Source: Octopus sinensis (taxonomy: Eukaryota). From it: a stretch of DNA of 64,000 nucleotides. Location of the stretch: assembly GCF_006345805.1 (NCBI RefSeq), contig NC_043000.1, positions 125,426,001 to 125,490,000 on the forward strand, given 5' to 3'. The number at the start of each line of letters is the position of its first letter. Position 1 is the first letter of the stretch. Positions 1-14,649 of this stretch are shown piece after piece. Below the pieces are notes generated by a model. That model was not told the origin of the DNA. It saw only the letters and a program-made list of their open reading frames with translations, and made no database searches. A program made the translations under genes and the position numbers.

Positions 1-1689
1 CTTTACAATTGTTGATCTATTTAATTTTATACCCATTGGCTTTTTAAATGTTGAAATCATTCATTGATTTCTAGAAAAAAAAAAAAATTAGAGGAAACCT
101 ATAAAAGCTATGCTAAAAATTAAAATGACAAGTGCTATTTTTCATCTCCGTCTATTTTTACATCTCCATTAATTTTTATTTTTCTCTTCTATCTTTTCTT
201 CTCTGCAACCTATCCCTTCCTTTATGTTTCTGCCATCATTCATTGCAGCTTTTCTCTTTTCTGAATGCTCATGCTGCTTCATAAATATTCATGAAATGCC
301 TAGATTTTACAATTAATTCAATGTTTCCAGTGTTAAAAACACCTTAGATTTTTCTGAATGAAAAACTGCATGAAAGCAACTGTTGCAATAGCCCAATCAA
401 AGCTAATGGAACATTAAATGACAGCTTTTATAGAATACAGGCCTGCATCATTTCTTCATGGATTAAATTGAATATTTAGTTACAATAATAAAATTAAACA
501 CAGAAAGAATATTTTGATGAAAGTAAATTTTTACCATATGTTAATTAAGAATTCACTATTTATAGTAAATTTATAAATACACCATCATTCTGCAATAAAA
601 CAGGCCCTCGTTTGCATTTTAAGTGTGTCCCAAACAAAGGAAGCCCGATTTCATTTCTTAAATGTATTTGTCTTGTGGAATATAGTTGATAACGGCAGTG
701 TGTGTGTGGAATTAACATGGGAACAAGCATTACTAGCAGCAGTTAAGGCATCTCACAAGTTTGTATTGGCCTATCAGAGCTGTTCAATACTTTGGCATCT
801 TGTTAAGTCATTTGTTTGCTGGAGCAGGCAATATCCTGGATGTATTTATTATCTAAATTACTAGTGCAGTTTTTCTTACGTTGTGGTTGTCTTAATTGTG
901 GCTTTACACTAACAGAAGACGAAGATGAAATCACAAGTATTTATTTCCTTTCATACACTTCCTCTTGACATGGTTACAGTGACCTTCATAATGTATTCAG
1001 TGTTTTATAAAACTGAGTTCAATCATTCTGGCTGAAGGAGTAAACGAGGTTTCTAATTATTGGTGGGGAAAGTAGAAAGAGAGAGGTGGGGGTGGATTGG
1101 GGTCTGATTTTCCCTTTGGCTACTTCAGTTTCCCTATCAAAACCTCAAGGCTGTCATTGAGAATAAACCTACTGTTTGAAAATTTTTATAACAAGTTGTT
1201 CCATTTATTTCTAACATATGAGTAATCTTCATCTCTTATTTGATAATTTTATCGAAGAAAATACTGCAGCTATGAATAATTAATTTGTTTATAATTAACT
1301 AATTGTTCTGGCTAAAAGTCTATCAAAATCTATGGAGCGTATTCTAGTTAAATGTTTATGCTATAGCAGTTAGTCTTCATTTTTATTTGGTCTAAACTTA
1401 AAACTGCAATTCACACTACTGCAGTAATCACTGAACCATTTGTTATTTAATCTACTTCTAGATTAAAGGTATTGAGATAATGAAGTACTGTTTGGCTAAA
1501 AATAAAACAAAATAGTATTTTGTATATTTTGTTTACTAATCAACCAATGTATTGTTTATATTTTTTGTGAGCATATAATGTTTGTGTATGGTATAAGGAT
1601 TTTATTTTTAGCTTTACTTTCTGGAGTATGATATTGCTAACCTGTGTACTACAAAAATGTCCCTGAGTAATATGAACTGCATAATCAAT

Positions 1690-1822
1690 TAGCAGAACAC
1701 TGGACAAAATGCTTTGCAGTATTTAGTTTTGATCTTTTACATTAGGAGCTCAAATCACTCTGAGGTCATCCTTGTTTGTCATCCTGCTGAGATTGATAAA
1801 GTAAGTTATCAGTTAAGTACCT
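1690..1822 (+). mobile_element. SINE family B, degenerate partial copy
   Basis: tagcagaacactggacaaaatgctttgcagtattt...gataaagtaagttatcagtt resembles the intact copy at 51077-51292. Confidence 0.55.
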
Positions 1823-1873
1823 GAAGGCAATTTTCAATTACATTGACATCAAGTAAGACATTGTGATTGTCCT

Positions 1874-2100
1874 TTAACCCTTTAGCATTCAGATTACTCT
1901 TGCAAATGTAATGTTTATTTATTCATTGTTTTTAACTAATCATCCATTACCTCCTAGTTTTGAAATTTCAGTGATGTGGTTATTTATTTTTTAAAATGAC
2001 ATTGTAGGGTTGGTGTGAGAGGCTGGATCTAGCTGATTTGAACACAAGACAAGTAGAATACTTAAACTAGATTTGGCCAGTTTAAATGCTGAAGGTTTAA
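1874..2100. mobile_element. TTAA-flanked (piggyBac-type) MITE, family 1
   Basis: ttaa-ccctttagcatt ... aatgctgaaggt-ttaa termini; sister copies at 19618 and 55078. Confidence 0.8.
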
Positions 2101-2826
2101 TGGCAAATATGAGTGTGAACCTCCAAAAGTCACAATTGTGTGAGGAACAGTGACCCTTCAACTATTGTTAGTTTTGGAATGCTGGGACAATTCTGCACAA
2201 ATCTCTTAATGGGCTATATGTTGTATCCATCATTAAGTTAGATCCAAGGTGACAGAAAAATTATTGTTCATTTCTCAATCTTTGTAAAAGTTAGAAGAAA
2301 ACAGGGTTTGCTGTTATTGTATTCAGTGAAATAGGGAAGAATACAAGCATAATGACATGTTATTTGTGAAAAACAGTGAAGGACTATATGGAAATGAAAT
2401 AAGCGTTCAGTAGTGTAGTTATTGGTTGAATTGCTAGAGCATTCAATCCTGTTTGACTTTGTGTATAACCCCTGCAAAATAAAGTCATAGTGTATAAGTA
2501 TGTAATGTGAGCTTAAGTGAAGTTGAATCAAGCATGTCTGATATGAGGAACCTTAGTTTTGCCTGAAGCATTCAGTTGATTGTCCCAGTCTTGTATGATC
2601 TATTTGTTCAAGGCTGACCAAGCTACTCAATAACATCTTGGTTCATAATCTATCAATGGGTATTATTCCGTAATAAATTGCTCCTAATTTATAGGATATT
2701 TGTCTCCCGATTATGAAAATAATGAAAAGGCTGCAGGCAAATATTGTTTGTGTGAGCTACTAAGATCATTTAACTAAATAACTACACCAAGCTAGCTTTA
2801 TAGCAAAGCTTCTGCTTTATTGTATG

Positions 2827-3222
2827 TTAGCAGTATTGCCCGGCGTTGCTCGGGTTTGTTTCGACCCTTTAGAATTGGAATTTTTGAAAAGTAAAAAAAT
2901 TTGCATAATGTAGCTTGTTATTGCCTTTAAGTGAACAATTTTCTGGTTGAAATACACCAAAAAATGGCGACACAGCAGTAAAAAAAATTGTAAAAAATAG
3001 GGATTTTCATAGAAAAAAAAGCACCTTTTTGATGTAAATAATTTTTGGTGATAACATGGTCCGATTTGAATTTTTTTTTCTACGGAAGGAAGAGCAAGCC
3101 TTCTATCATACTCTCAATTTTGGTCAACTTGTGCTGCAGGGTCTCGGAGGAGATAGTGTTTGTTGAAGGCTACCAAACCTGCCATATACAGACAACTTCA
3201 GCTTTACATATATATGGAGATT
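2827..3222 (+). mobile_element. Non-autonomous Helitron/Helentron-type element
   Basis: 5' tagcagtattgcccggcgttgctcggg hairpin, CpG-retaining body, 3' tttacatatatatggagatt end typical of these rolling-circle repeats. Confidence 0.65.
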
Positions 3223-4939
3223 ATGAATTTCTCAATTTTTAAAATTGTTTTTCAATTTCTGCACTTCATATAATCCTACAATGGATAGCAGTAATGTTTT
3301 AAACTAAGTAGAAATGGTATTCAAACATGTATCTGAATTTACATATAATTTATGAGAACAACATCAACACTTTCCATATGTAGCTGCTTGACCTACTCGA
3401 AATAGCAACCAAATCTTCAAATCACATCCTACCATCAATTATAAGGGAAGTGTTCATTGGGTATAGTGATACATAGACAAAAAGTAAGGTAATATTTCCC
3501 TTTGGCCAGACATGTATTTCATAAAAGATTGGAAATGAACATAGCTTGTGTGATCATTCATGGTGCTTGTATAGTCATCACATGATTTCAAGACAAGGGT
3601 GTGCCCCTCCCCCACTCCTCTCTGGCTTTTTTCTGTCTCCAACTACTAAATTGACCTGCAAGGCTTTGATCAGCCTCATAGAAGTATCAAAATTTAGGCA
3701 TGTTCTCATTTTGTTTTGTCCCCACCCCCTGTTCTGCCAGAGAAAATGGAAGAACAACAAAAAGAATCATGGGCACTACTCTCCAAGACTGCTGGGTGTT
3801 GGTAGGAAACAAAGGATTGGTATGTTGCTGAATTTGGGAGCAGTGCATCAAGGTATCCAGTTATCCTCAGATTGGGGACCTGGTACAACTGAAAGAACCG
3901 AAGAGCCAGGCCTCGGTGCTTAAACTGAGCAACAGTACCATGTCCATTCAAAGATTTAAGAAATAATTCCATTTAACAGAAATAGCCTTTTCTTTTTGAC
4001 TAATTTTCAATAATGCTTCTTTTGATGACTTGCTACAAACTGTTTGCAAATAACTTTATTGATTGTGATTTTAGATTGTAATTTGTATTTTTGTATGCAT
4101 TTCATTTTCATTGTAATCCTTCATGAATGTCTTTTAACCCATTTAAGCCTCATGACTTATTTTGCCCATTTTGTCATATCTCATAAACAAGGCTTTAGGG
4201 TCATATGGATCATATTCCTCATTTTTATTCTCTCTCATAAATTTTCTATAACAGTGATAAATTGAAGGTGCTCTATATTCCTGCGAAGGGTTATTGTTGT
4301 CTGAGATAAGCTATACCCACAAACATTTCGTGGCATATCTTCCATTTGTGATTAGCTCCAGGTTTATCCTGACAAAGCAGACTTAACATTTGATGTTGGC
4401 TGGTGCAAGGAAGGGATGTGCTCAGATAGGCGCATCATGTCACTTTGTTTTAGTCACCTGGGTGCTTTGCCAATGCTGCCAGTTTGAAGAAAGTAGGAAG
4501 GTTGACTCTGATGCAACTGTGCATGCCTGATGATGAAGCAGCAGATAGACAATCAGCTGGTTTGTGGCAGTGGCACATTGGCTTGGCTTGAGGCTTGAAG
4601 CCAAAACACCCAAGAAACTAAAAGCCATTGCCATCAATCACATTATATATATCTTCTTTACTGCCTAGTCTTTCCTCAGTTGTTGCTGCTAAGGAGGCCA
4701 TGCATCTGTTAACAAGAATATGCTCATTTTGCCAGTATGAGATAACAGAAATTGTGTGTGCATTTATGCACATGCACACACATTCATGGGTACAACTACA
4801 CATTTCATTTATATATACATACATATATAAATATATATATATCGACGATATTGATAAGGCTACAGAAACTCTTGGAAAAGCTGAGAGATAAATTATATGG
4901 TAACGTAACTTTTATTCTTTTTTTATTTAATAACTTCAG

Positions 4940-4972
4940 AAACGAAGATAAAGAACAAACGCCTGATAAAAG
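4940..4972 (+). other. Candidate 33-nt frame-preserving microexon (..NEDKEQTPDK..)
   Basis: ttttattctttttttatttaataacttcAG | purine-rich 33 nt, open in one frame | AG/GTATGA donor; TE-poor flanks. Confidence 0.4.
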
Positions 4973-7900
4973 GTATGACATTGATTTCAGGTTTGTCGCA
5001 ACCTAGACATATATTTTTTTTTCATTCTTATCTACATTTAATCATCTCCAGCTTTCACTTTTCCTTGTAATTTACCTCAAGTTAACATACTCATTCCTTT
5101 TTAATGATATTTCTTACTGATCTTAACCTTTTCTTTACTAGTCTTCCATCTTCTGTTGTCAGCTTTGATTAAGCACATCTGTGATCAAAAGCATTCTAGC
5201 CATGGCCATCCTGCATTTCATTTTCTTTTTTCTATGTACAGAGAATTTTGGACCTTATTATCCACCATGTTATCTTCTGTTTTCTTCAAAGGCAACAGTT
5301 TTTATACAACTATTAATGACATTTTCTTTGTGTGTGTATGTGTGTACAATGCAGTCACTCTCACCCACTCATCTGTCATTTGCATATACTTGTGTTTATA
5401 CATTATACATAGGTGTATGTATATATGTGTGTGTGTGTGTGTGCATAAAATTTCCATATTTTTGTTCAATAGTTTTGAGTTGGAATATTTGTTTCATACT
5501 CATTTGACTGTGAAGAAATGTTGTAGCGAAGGAGTAATATAGAATAAAATGAACTTAATTACATTCTATATAAGAGTGGTGTATTGGCAAAATTATTAGA
5601 ATGCCAGAAAAATGCCATACAACATTTGTTCCAGGTCTTTAAATTCTGAATTCAAATCCTGCGAAGGTGAATTTAGCCATTCGGCCTTCTTTATCAAAGC
5701 TTTCCAAATGAAGATTCACAAAGGAGTCTGTCCACATTGACTGTAGACATATTGGTGCCTAACAAGACAAATATGTGACAAGCAGGCCAGGCTGCAGTGG
5801 TTGCTATGGAAATTCTGTTCTAGTTTCATAGCTGCTGTGTCCTGATTATTTCTCAATCTCCTTTTGTCCTCAAGGTCCTCTTAGACAGACTGAATTTTTG
5901 TATGATATGCACAACATACTGAACAAGATTGGCAAAAAATCAAACTCCATCTTTATAAGATAACCTTACTATTTACAGCAAAAATCTAACATTAGTTGAT
6001 ATTTGTGACAATTTTTGTTTTTTAAACAAAAATCTAATTTGCATTTAAGCCCCTCTTAATTCAGAAATAACTTTTTATATATTGCTGACTAAAAGCTTTT
6101 GTAAGATTCAGTAAGGTAATAAATTAATGGAAGTAATTGCTCGCATTTTTAAGCAGCTTTCAGTTAGAAAAATCCTTTCAGTTGGAATTTGAAATCAACT
6201 GGTAACTTGGAAGAAAATGTAGGAGAATGCATAGAAAATATAATCATAAAGTCAGCTGTGTAAGACAAATTGTAAGAGGTGAAACCCAGCATCATTCATA
6301 AGATGTGATTTGATTAATTACTTAACACTACAAGATGTCGTGGCTTGATTAACATTTAACACTAACCTGCTTTTGACTGCCTAATACAAAACTTCTCATT
6401 TAAATTATATTTAAATTAAAACCTAATATTAAGGACTCTAAGGATTCTACCAAAATAATCTATAAAAATGGATTGAATTAAAGCCGATATTTTTTTTTTT
6501 TAATGTTAGGACTTTTTGGCATGTTCAGGCAGACACCAGTCCAATAATTAAAAGATAGCTTATTTTAACTAAGCACTTGCATATTCATTATTTTCCAGAT
6601 TAAGACAGAAAATTAATTGCGAAAGGATTAATAAGAAATTTTGCTCTTGAAAACCTGTTAACCCTTTATTGACTATCTTTCTAATGAGTCTCAATTTTCA
6701 TAATAAAGATTTTAGAATACCTTAGTAAAATCTCTATTTATTAGTAATGTGTTTGAGCAGCTAAAATCTTATTATTCATGTTATAATGGAAATTTCCAGT
6801 GAAATCTTAATACAAATATTTTAGTGTCCAATTTCATGCAGGTTGATACTGAAAAAGTTAAGAGAACTGAAAATAGCTTCTCTGTTAATGTGATTTACTA
6901 TCTTATTCTCAGAACCATGTAAAATAGTCGCTTATCCGTAGTTTTATAGTAGCTTAGTAGAGTGGATTATCCACAACTATAGATAACTGACTCAAGTAAA
7001 AGCATTTACACAAATATTGATTTTATATATATATATATATATATATAGATAGATAGATATGCATGCATGCATATTTATTAAATATAGTTATTTGAACCAA
7101 ATGGAATTACAGAAGAATGCTAGGAATAAACAACTTGAAAGCTGTAGAAAATGACTGTTACAAAGTGCACAAATCAGTAACAAGTCATATTAACATCAAA
7201 GTATTTGAAATAATGCATGTTTTTCAAGTAAATGTTCTATCTCCAAGAATAGCTGAGAAACATGAAGGATGCCAGTAGTCCTTTGGTTAGTAATTTATGA
7301 GCATGAGATAAAAATGTTTGAAAGGCTATTAATCTAAGTAGTCTTTGGTGTCTTTGTCTTAGAAGGAACGGGCTGTAAAAGTGTAGATAGCTTGGATAAA
7401 GTACTAGAATTAATTTTCAATAGAAAATGTTAGATGAAAAGCTTCCTGGAAGAATATGTAAGGTTTTCATATCTACAAACCAGGTACAAAGATTTTGTTT
7501 TATCTCTGAGAGAGTTACTAAAGTTTAGGTAATTTAGACGTGTATTTGCCAGTGCAGTTGTTGGATTTCTGTAGATTTCTTAGACATAAAGTCAGACATT
7601 TTGGGGGAAATTAGATAAGATTAAATCAACTGTTTTTTTTTTAAATTTTAATTGGAACTGTATTTATTGACTCTGGGGGGATGAAAGGCCAAGTCTCACC
7701 TTAGCAGAAGTGAAGAAATGTATTTATAAACTAAGTATTTTGTTACATGCTCTACAGAATCCTCTAATCCATTGTTCTGTGGATAGAGCAGACTACTCTT
7801 GAAAGAATATAGAATACAGAAGACTTCTCTTTTTCCATGAATTCACTGCAGGGATAGTGGTAGTTCATAGTCTCTCGAATTGGATTGCTTTATAAATACC

Positions 7901-8477
7901 AACATATATAGAATTACTGTTGCAGAAACACCATCTAATCGAGGAGTGACAACAGAACTGTGATAGCTTGCAAAATCTCTTTGATGTAATTAATACCTGC
8001 CTGTTCTGTCTTAAAATATATTTTTTATGAATAAAAATATAATCCTTACAATGATGGAAAATGCAGCTGAAATAATCCAGATTTAGAGGAAAATTATTAA
8101 AAAGAAAAAAAATTATGACGTAGAAAAATATTTCCATACATAAAAGGATTAAAATAGACATTTTTTTTTAGCATGGCTATATTAGTAACGAAAATGTTTT
8201 TGTGTTGGTGTAATAAATTAAATTTTATTTATGCTTGATTACTGAAGTTAATAGGAAATGGCTGTAATAACCTCAGAAATTTTGGAATTAGGTGCAGCTA
8301 CTTATATCATCCTCATGCCTGAGGGAATCATTAAGATGTAGGAAGCATCTTCATATTTCATAACTAACAACTGTTATTGTTCTAATAACATTACACTGGC
8401 CTGTTTTGCAATATTATTTTGAGAATCAGTTGATTTGGCTCTCATAGATTTTGCTTTGATTTACCACAATATATATC

Positions 8478-8660
8478 ATTACCACCATCTGTTTTCTATG
8501 CTGGTATGGGTTGGACAGTTGAACGAGCTAGGGAACCAGAGGACTGCACCAAATTCCAATGTCAGCTTTGGCATGATTACTATGGTTGGATGCTCTTCCT
8601 AATGCCAACCACCTTAGTGCTTTTTACATGGCACCAATATTAGTAGGGTCACGAAGTAAA
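8478..8660 (-). mobile_element. SINE family C (RTE-like tail), 3' part
   Basis: Reverse complement of ggttggcattaggaagagcatccaacc...ccaacccataccagcatagaaaacagatg. Confidence 0.7.
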
Positions 8661-9629
8661 ACTAAAAGGCAGGACCCCCTCAACTGAGGGCAGAGTAGTA
8701 TTGAGAGAGGTGGCTTTATGCCAGGTGATGAGAGGTTGAAATTTGATAGACAAGAACAGGTATTTTGCTGTAGGGAGATACAAAGTTACTCCAGTTGGAA
8801 AATATAGTCAGAGGAAGAAAGCCAGTGCTCATTATGCTTTTCAGGGCCTCTGACACAGGTGAATAGAAAAAAAAATGCTGTCCTCCACCTGGAGACTTGG
8901 CTTGAATGCCTGCAACTAGTTGATGTTAAATTGTGTAATGGTTTAAGTCTATGTCACCCACATCAAAACAAAACTACAAGAGACTTTCAACTGTTGAAAG
9001 AAATGGCTTTACACAAATATTTTCAATGAACTCATATATATATATATATATATATATCATCATCATCATCACACACACACTATGATGCTACATCGAAATG
9101 ATAATAGGTCAGTCTAGGAATCCAGGTTGACTCTAAGATTCTTTAAGGTGATAGTCCAAGCATATTGTTCATATACAATATGAAATGTAATGGCATTAAA
9201 TGATAATAATCAGATTATTGTATACAGTGCTCAGGTGAACTAAAATTGAACCTAAGTAGGTAAAAGAGAGAACAGAAAACAGCAATAAGAGAAAGCATTG
9301 ATAAACAAAAGTGTATGGGAGGCACCCAGACTATAACATAAGAAAACAGAAAAGTGAGCTTATGGAGAGGAAAGGTGTATAGGTATGTCAAAAGTAGTGT
9401 TGGTAAATTTGGGAGAAACAGAATTTTTGCCACAGCTAACAACTAAAATGGTTAGTTTATTCCATGACTCTGCAAATCTGAGCTTGAAATAGTATTCTCA
9501 GTTTAAATGAAGGTTTTGAGAATTGAAGCTATGATCTTTGATTCATTGGAATTCAGAAGTGATGAACAGGATAGTATAAAACTTAATTTTGCCTGCAAGA
9601 ACATGTGCCTGCAAACACAAGCTCCTCAG

Positions 9630-10421
<792 letters not shown>

Positions 10422-10959
10422 CGTGTATGTATATATAAAGTCTGTTATTATGCAATATGATTTCATTTTTAATTTGCTATTTCTTTCTTGTTTATCTGCT
10501 TTTCCTTCCTTAAAATTTTATTTGCTGATGGCATTTCTTAATAGTTTCATCTCTTTAACTAATTTTTTAAAAGTTATTAACATACCTCTTTATTACTGTA
10601 TTTATTGCTAACTCAGACTTTAATGTTTCAACTTTTCTATTTAAACTAACTGGTTTTTGGAAGTTTATTTCATGCATTGTTACATTAAATGTCAGAAAGA
10701 TTTGCATGAAAGAAAATTAGAAGTCTAACAAAGTTCATTGAGTTTTATAACATTTTAAGAATGAATAAAAAAAACTAATCATCTTTGATTTGACTTAGCA
10801 TTAATGAATGAAAAGAAATTTTCAGGAAACCAGTGACATACTATATATTTTTGTGGAGAATACCTTTAAGAATAGTCTCTTTTAGAATTTCCATATGAGG
10901 AATTATTTCATTTGGAGCTTTAACATCGATACTGAAGACAATAAGCATATTTTACTTGT

Positions 10960-11520
10960 GGGATCTGGAGGAAGAGGCAGTGCATATGTCTTGTAATAAG
11001 AGCTCCCTGACTGGTGGTGAGGACAACATTATTAATGTTCCTCTTGAACCTTTGTAAGTCAATAACTGCATGAAAGATATAAATCTTCAAGGAATTCCAG
11101 AGGGAAGATGTTCTAGGATGGAACAACTGGGTGTAGGTCTGGTTGGTTGGACAAAGCAAAAATGAGAGGTGGGACCAATTGGTTGGGAATACTTGAGTAG
11201 GGATGGCATGAACATAGCCAGCCATGAAGAACAGAGGCCATTAGAAGAGCAGCAGAAAAAACAAACAAACACAAAAAGCCTTGTAGGCTAGAAGTTAGAT
11301 TATGTCTGAGTGACTTTATGCCTATCAGTCAAGTTGACATTTTCATTTTTTTTAAAATTATCTTTTTTTTTTTATTTGGGATGCTGTTTAGGATGACTGT
11401 GTGCCACCTTCACAGATGTAAGAGCAAAAATCCATTGTGCTCCTCATCTGAACCGAGAGCTCTATAGGGTATCGATAACTGATGGAGTTGAAGCACCTTA
11501 TGACCCTGAAAAAAAAAGCT
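10960..11520 (-). mobile_element. CR1-group LINE 3' fragment, decayed
   Basis: Minus ORF 10920-11225 contains YTQLFHPRTSSLWNSL...DLQRFKRNIN, a typical CR1/L2-group ORF2 C-terminus. Confidence 0.6.
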
Positions 11521-12054
11521 CAGTATTTGGGATGTAATCCTGGAAATGTTAAGGATGTGCTATCACAAGAGAAATGATTGATAATGAGAAGATTTGACTT
11601 CTAAAGAGATTTTTAAGGAGTCTAGCTAAGTTCTCATGAGTAAAGAGGTTGTGGTGCTATATTTTCTTGATGAGTCACATGTTTTCTTGCTGTTGAGACA
11701 AGATTGGTATATACCCATTGATGGATGCTTTTGAGATTTTTTATGGAATCAGCATGAGTTTTGACTTAAAAAAAAATTTTTTTTTTTTACCTAACAGCAA
11801 CAATAACTATCAGAAGTAAAAAGGTAGTAAGTGAACTAATTAGTTATATTTATATTGGTATAAAAACAGCACATCACTATTAAGGTATTGTTAGATTGAT
11901 GGAATAAAATTCATAATGGATAAAAAGTGTAAGATTTACTTTAGCTGTTAAATACTCTTAATATTTTCTTGGAATTTGAGTAAATTTTGAGTGGTTTAAA
12001 AAAGAAATAATACTGAAAGGGGAATAGTATCCATGACCTTTGCTAAAAGGCTGA

Positions 12055-12410
12055 TAGGTACAGGTATGGCTCTACGCTAATTTTTTTCCCCCCAATCACG
12101 TGATTTGGGGTTCAGTCTCACTGTGTGGTACTTTGGGTGAGTGTCTATTATAGCCTCAGACCAACCAAGGCTTTGAGTGGATTTGGTAGAGAAAAACTAA
12201 AAGAAGCTTGTATGTGTGTCTTTGTCTCCTACCATCACTTGACAACCGGTGCTAGTATGTTTACATCCCTGTAATTTAACAGTTCAGCAAAGAGGCCGAT
12301 AGTATGTGCCAGTCTTAAAAAATGAATACTGAGGTGGATTCATTTGACCAAATTCCTCAAGGCAGTGTTCTAGCAAGGGCAGTCTGACTGAAACAAGTAA
12401 ATAAAAGAAT
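12055..12410 (+). mobile_element. SINE family A
   Basis: Head ggtacaggtatggct...ggttcagtctcactgtgtgg, core gagtggatttggtaga...aagaagc, tail gactgaaacaagtaaataaaag. Confidence 0.85.
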
Positions 12411-13521
12411 GCTAACCAATACAGAGGAACTTTGTGAATAGTGTAAGCAAAGAAAGATTTCACAAATTCTGCGAACTGTTTTGTATGGTAGTGTAATGAA
12501 GGTCAAGATATTCCAAACTTCTCCAACAATTGTAATAGCCATATTAGAGAAAGATTAGCGATAAAAGAAATAGCTATTAAGGAAGATCAAGCAGAAATCG
12601 AAATTTCTGTAAAAGATTTTTATTGCTGGAATGTTGGAACGTTGACAATATGATTGTCAAAACATTCTAGAGTCCTTTGAGGACAATTGAGTTTATTGGA
12701 AGAGTGTCTGAGTTATATTGGCATATGGAGAGCATCCAAGAGTGAAACAAGATACAGCCTTTGTAATCTTAGTTGTGTTAATGAGATAAATTAGTTGATT
12801 ACATTTCTGTAAATATTCTTACAAAGTTCACTTGTTTACTACTATTGTCGCATTTTAGTTGTTTCTTCCTGGCTAATTTGTTTATAAGTGTTTTATAGAT
12901 GATCAGTCAGCTTTACTTTTATTCAAGTTGTAAGGGTATAAGGTTAAAATTCCATTCCCCTTATTCACAGCAGAGGGTAAATGGTGGTTCTGTTTTAGAT
13001 TCTTCTCTCTCCCATAGTAATATAAGTAATATAATTGGTTCATCATTATGACTGATTTCCCATACTGGCATGGGTTGGACAGGACTTTAGTTGGATGTTC
13101 TTCCAGACACCAACCCTTTTAATTACCTCTTACAACACAGAGATATGGTGTACATACTATGGAAAGTGGGATACATGCAGATAATCATTTATTATTCTGA
13201 GTAGAAATCCTCTCTGGATTACTAAGATAGTTTGTGAGAATGATTTAGAATGGTTTAGTATCATTTATGACAGGCTGTAGTGAATATAATAGTTTGTGAC
13301 AAATATACATATGTATGTATATATGTGTGTGTGTGTGGTGTGTGTGTGTGTGTTATAATGGAGAAAGCTGCTTATTAATTAGGTATGTAACAGTTATTAA
13401 AAAGAAAGCAATTATTAAAGGCTTGACTGTTTGGAAATTTTTTTTATAAATTCATGTTCCAAGAAATTTCCTGTAATTTTGATTTCTGAAGTTTATTGAA
13501 TATTTCAAGTACAAGTTTTTC

Positions 13522-13788
13522 ACTGGCATCTGCGCTGGTGGCACATAAAAAGTACTATTTGAGTGTGGCCGATGCCAGTGCTGCCTGACTGGCACCCCTG
13601 CCAGTGGCTCGTAAAAATCACCTACTACATTCTCGGAGTGGTTGATGTTAGGAAGAGCATCCATCTGTAGAAACCTTGCCAAATCAGATCAGAGCCTGGT
13701 GCAGCCTCCTGGCATAAGAGTTCTGTCACACCATCCATCCCATGCCAGCATGGAAAGCAGACGTTAAATGCTGCTGATGATGATGATA
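13522..13788 (+). mobile_element. SINE family C
   Basis: ggtggcacataaaaag units, then gtggttgatgttaggaagagcatcc...catgccagcatggaaagcagacgttaaa and a (GAT)n tail. Confidence 0.85.
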
Positions 13789-14649
13789 TTGCATTCACTC
13801 TGGAGTAGATTTTAATGTTTAATAAACAATATTAATCCATTGCAGGCAAAAATTTTTCATTTTCATTTGCAACTGTCTCACTCTCTCTCGCCTCTATTTT
13901 TATTAATGATAATTTAATATATATTCATTTCAATGCTTTCATTTTAAGGTTTAATTCACTATTTGAAAAACCCACAGTTTATTCTATATATGTAATATGA
14001 AAAAATTATTTATTGAATAAATGAATGAATGCTATTAGACAAAATAGCTGTATAGCTTTGAGGCTTGATATGAGGCACAATTTCAAGAATAATATCAGTT
14101 TCCAGAGTTTGTTAAATGAATATTTTTGATCAAATGAAAATTTAATATGCTGGTATAATAAAAAAGAAAAAAAGAATTAAGTGGTTTTGTTGGAACACTA
14201 TAAACCTTACAATAACTGTGATCACTGCTATTTCTGGCACACTAAACATGTTTGATTGCCTTGAAGTTTGTTTAAATTAGAGATATATTACAACTATGAA
14301 AAATTACTGAAAGAAATATTTACTAAGCGAGATTTTTTATAAACTAAAGTTTTCAGGAAAATTTACTTTCTGAACTTTTGTTATTGAATATTTCGAGTTC
14401 ACAAATTTAAATATTTGGTGCAAGATAGTTTTTAATGAGCTTTTATTTATAAAATTTTTTCATTTCATGTTTATTTCATTCATTGTTTGCAATGTTCTCT
14501 CTCTCTCTCCACTTCCTCTTTCTCTCTCTCACACACACACATCCTATCTCTCTAATATAAGCATATACACACGCTGTTTCTGTAATGTAAACCACACACT
14601 CCAAGTTTAATTTCCTTATTACTCAAATATCACATTAGAATTTTGCAAT

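Noticed and set aside
4545-4590. miR-34-like words (caatcagct, tggcagtg)
   Set aside because: Only seed-length similarity, the arms are in the wrong order, and no precursor hairpin forms.
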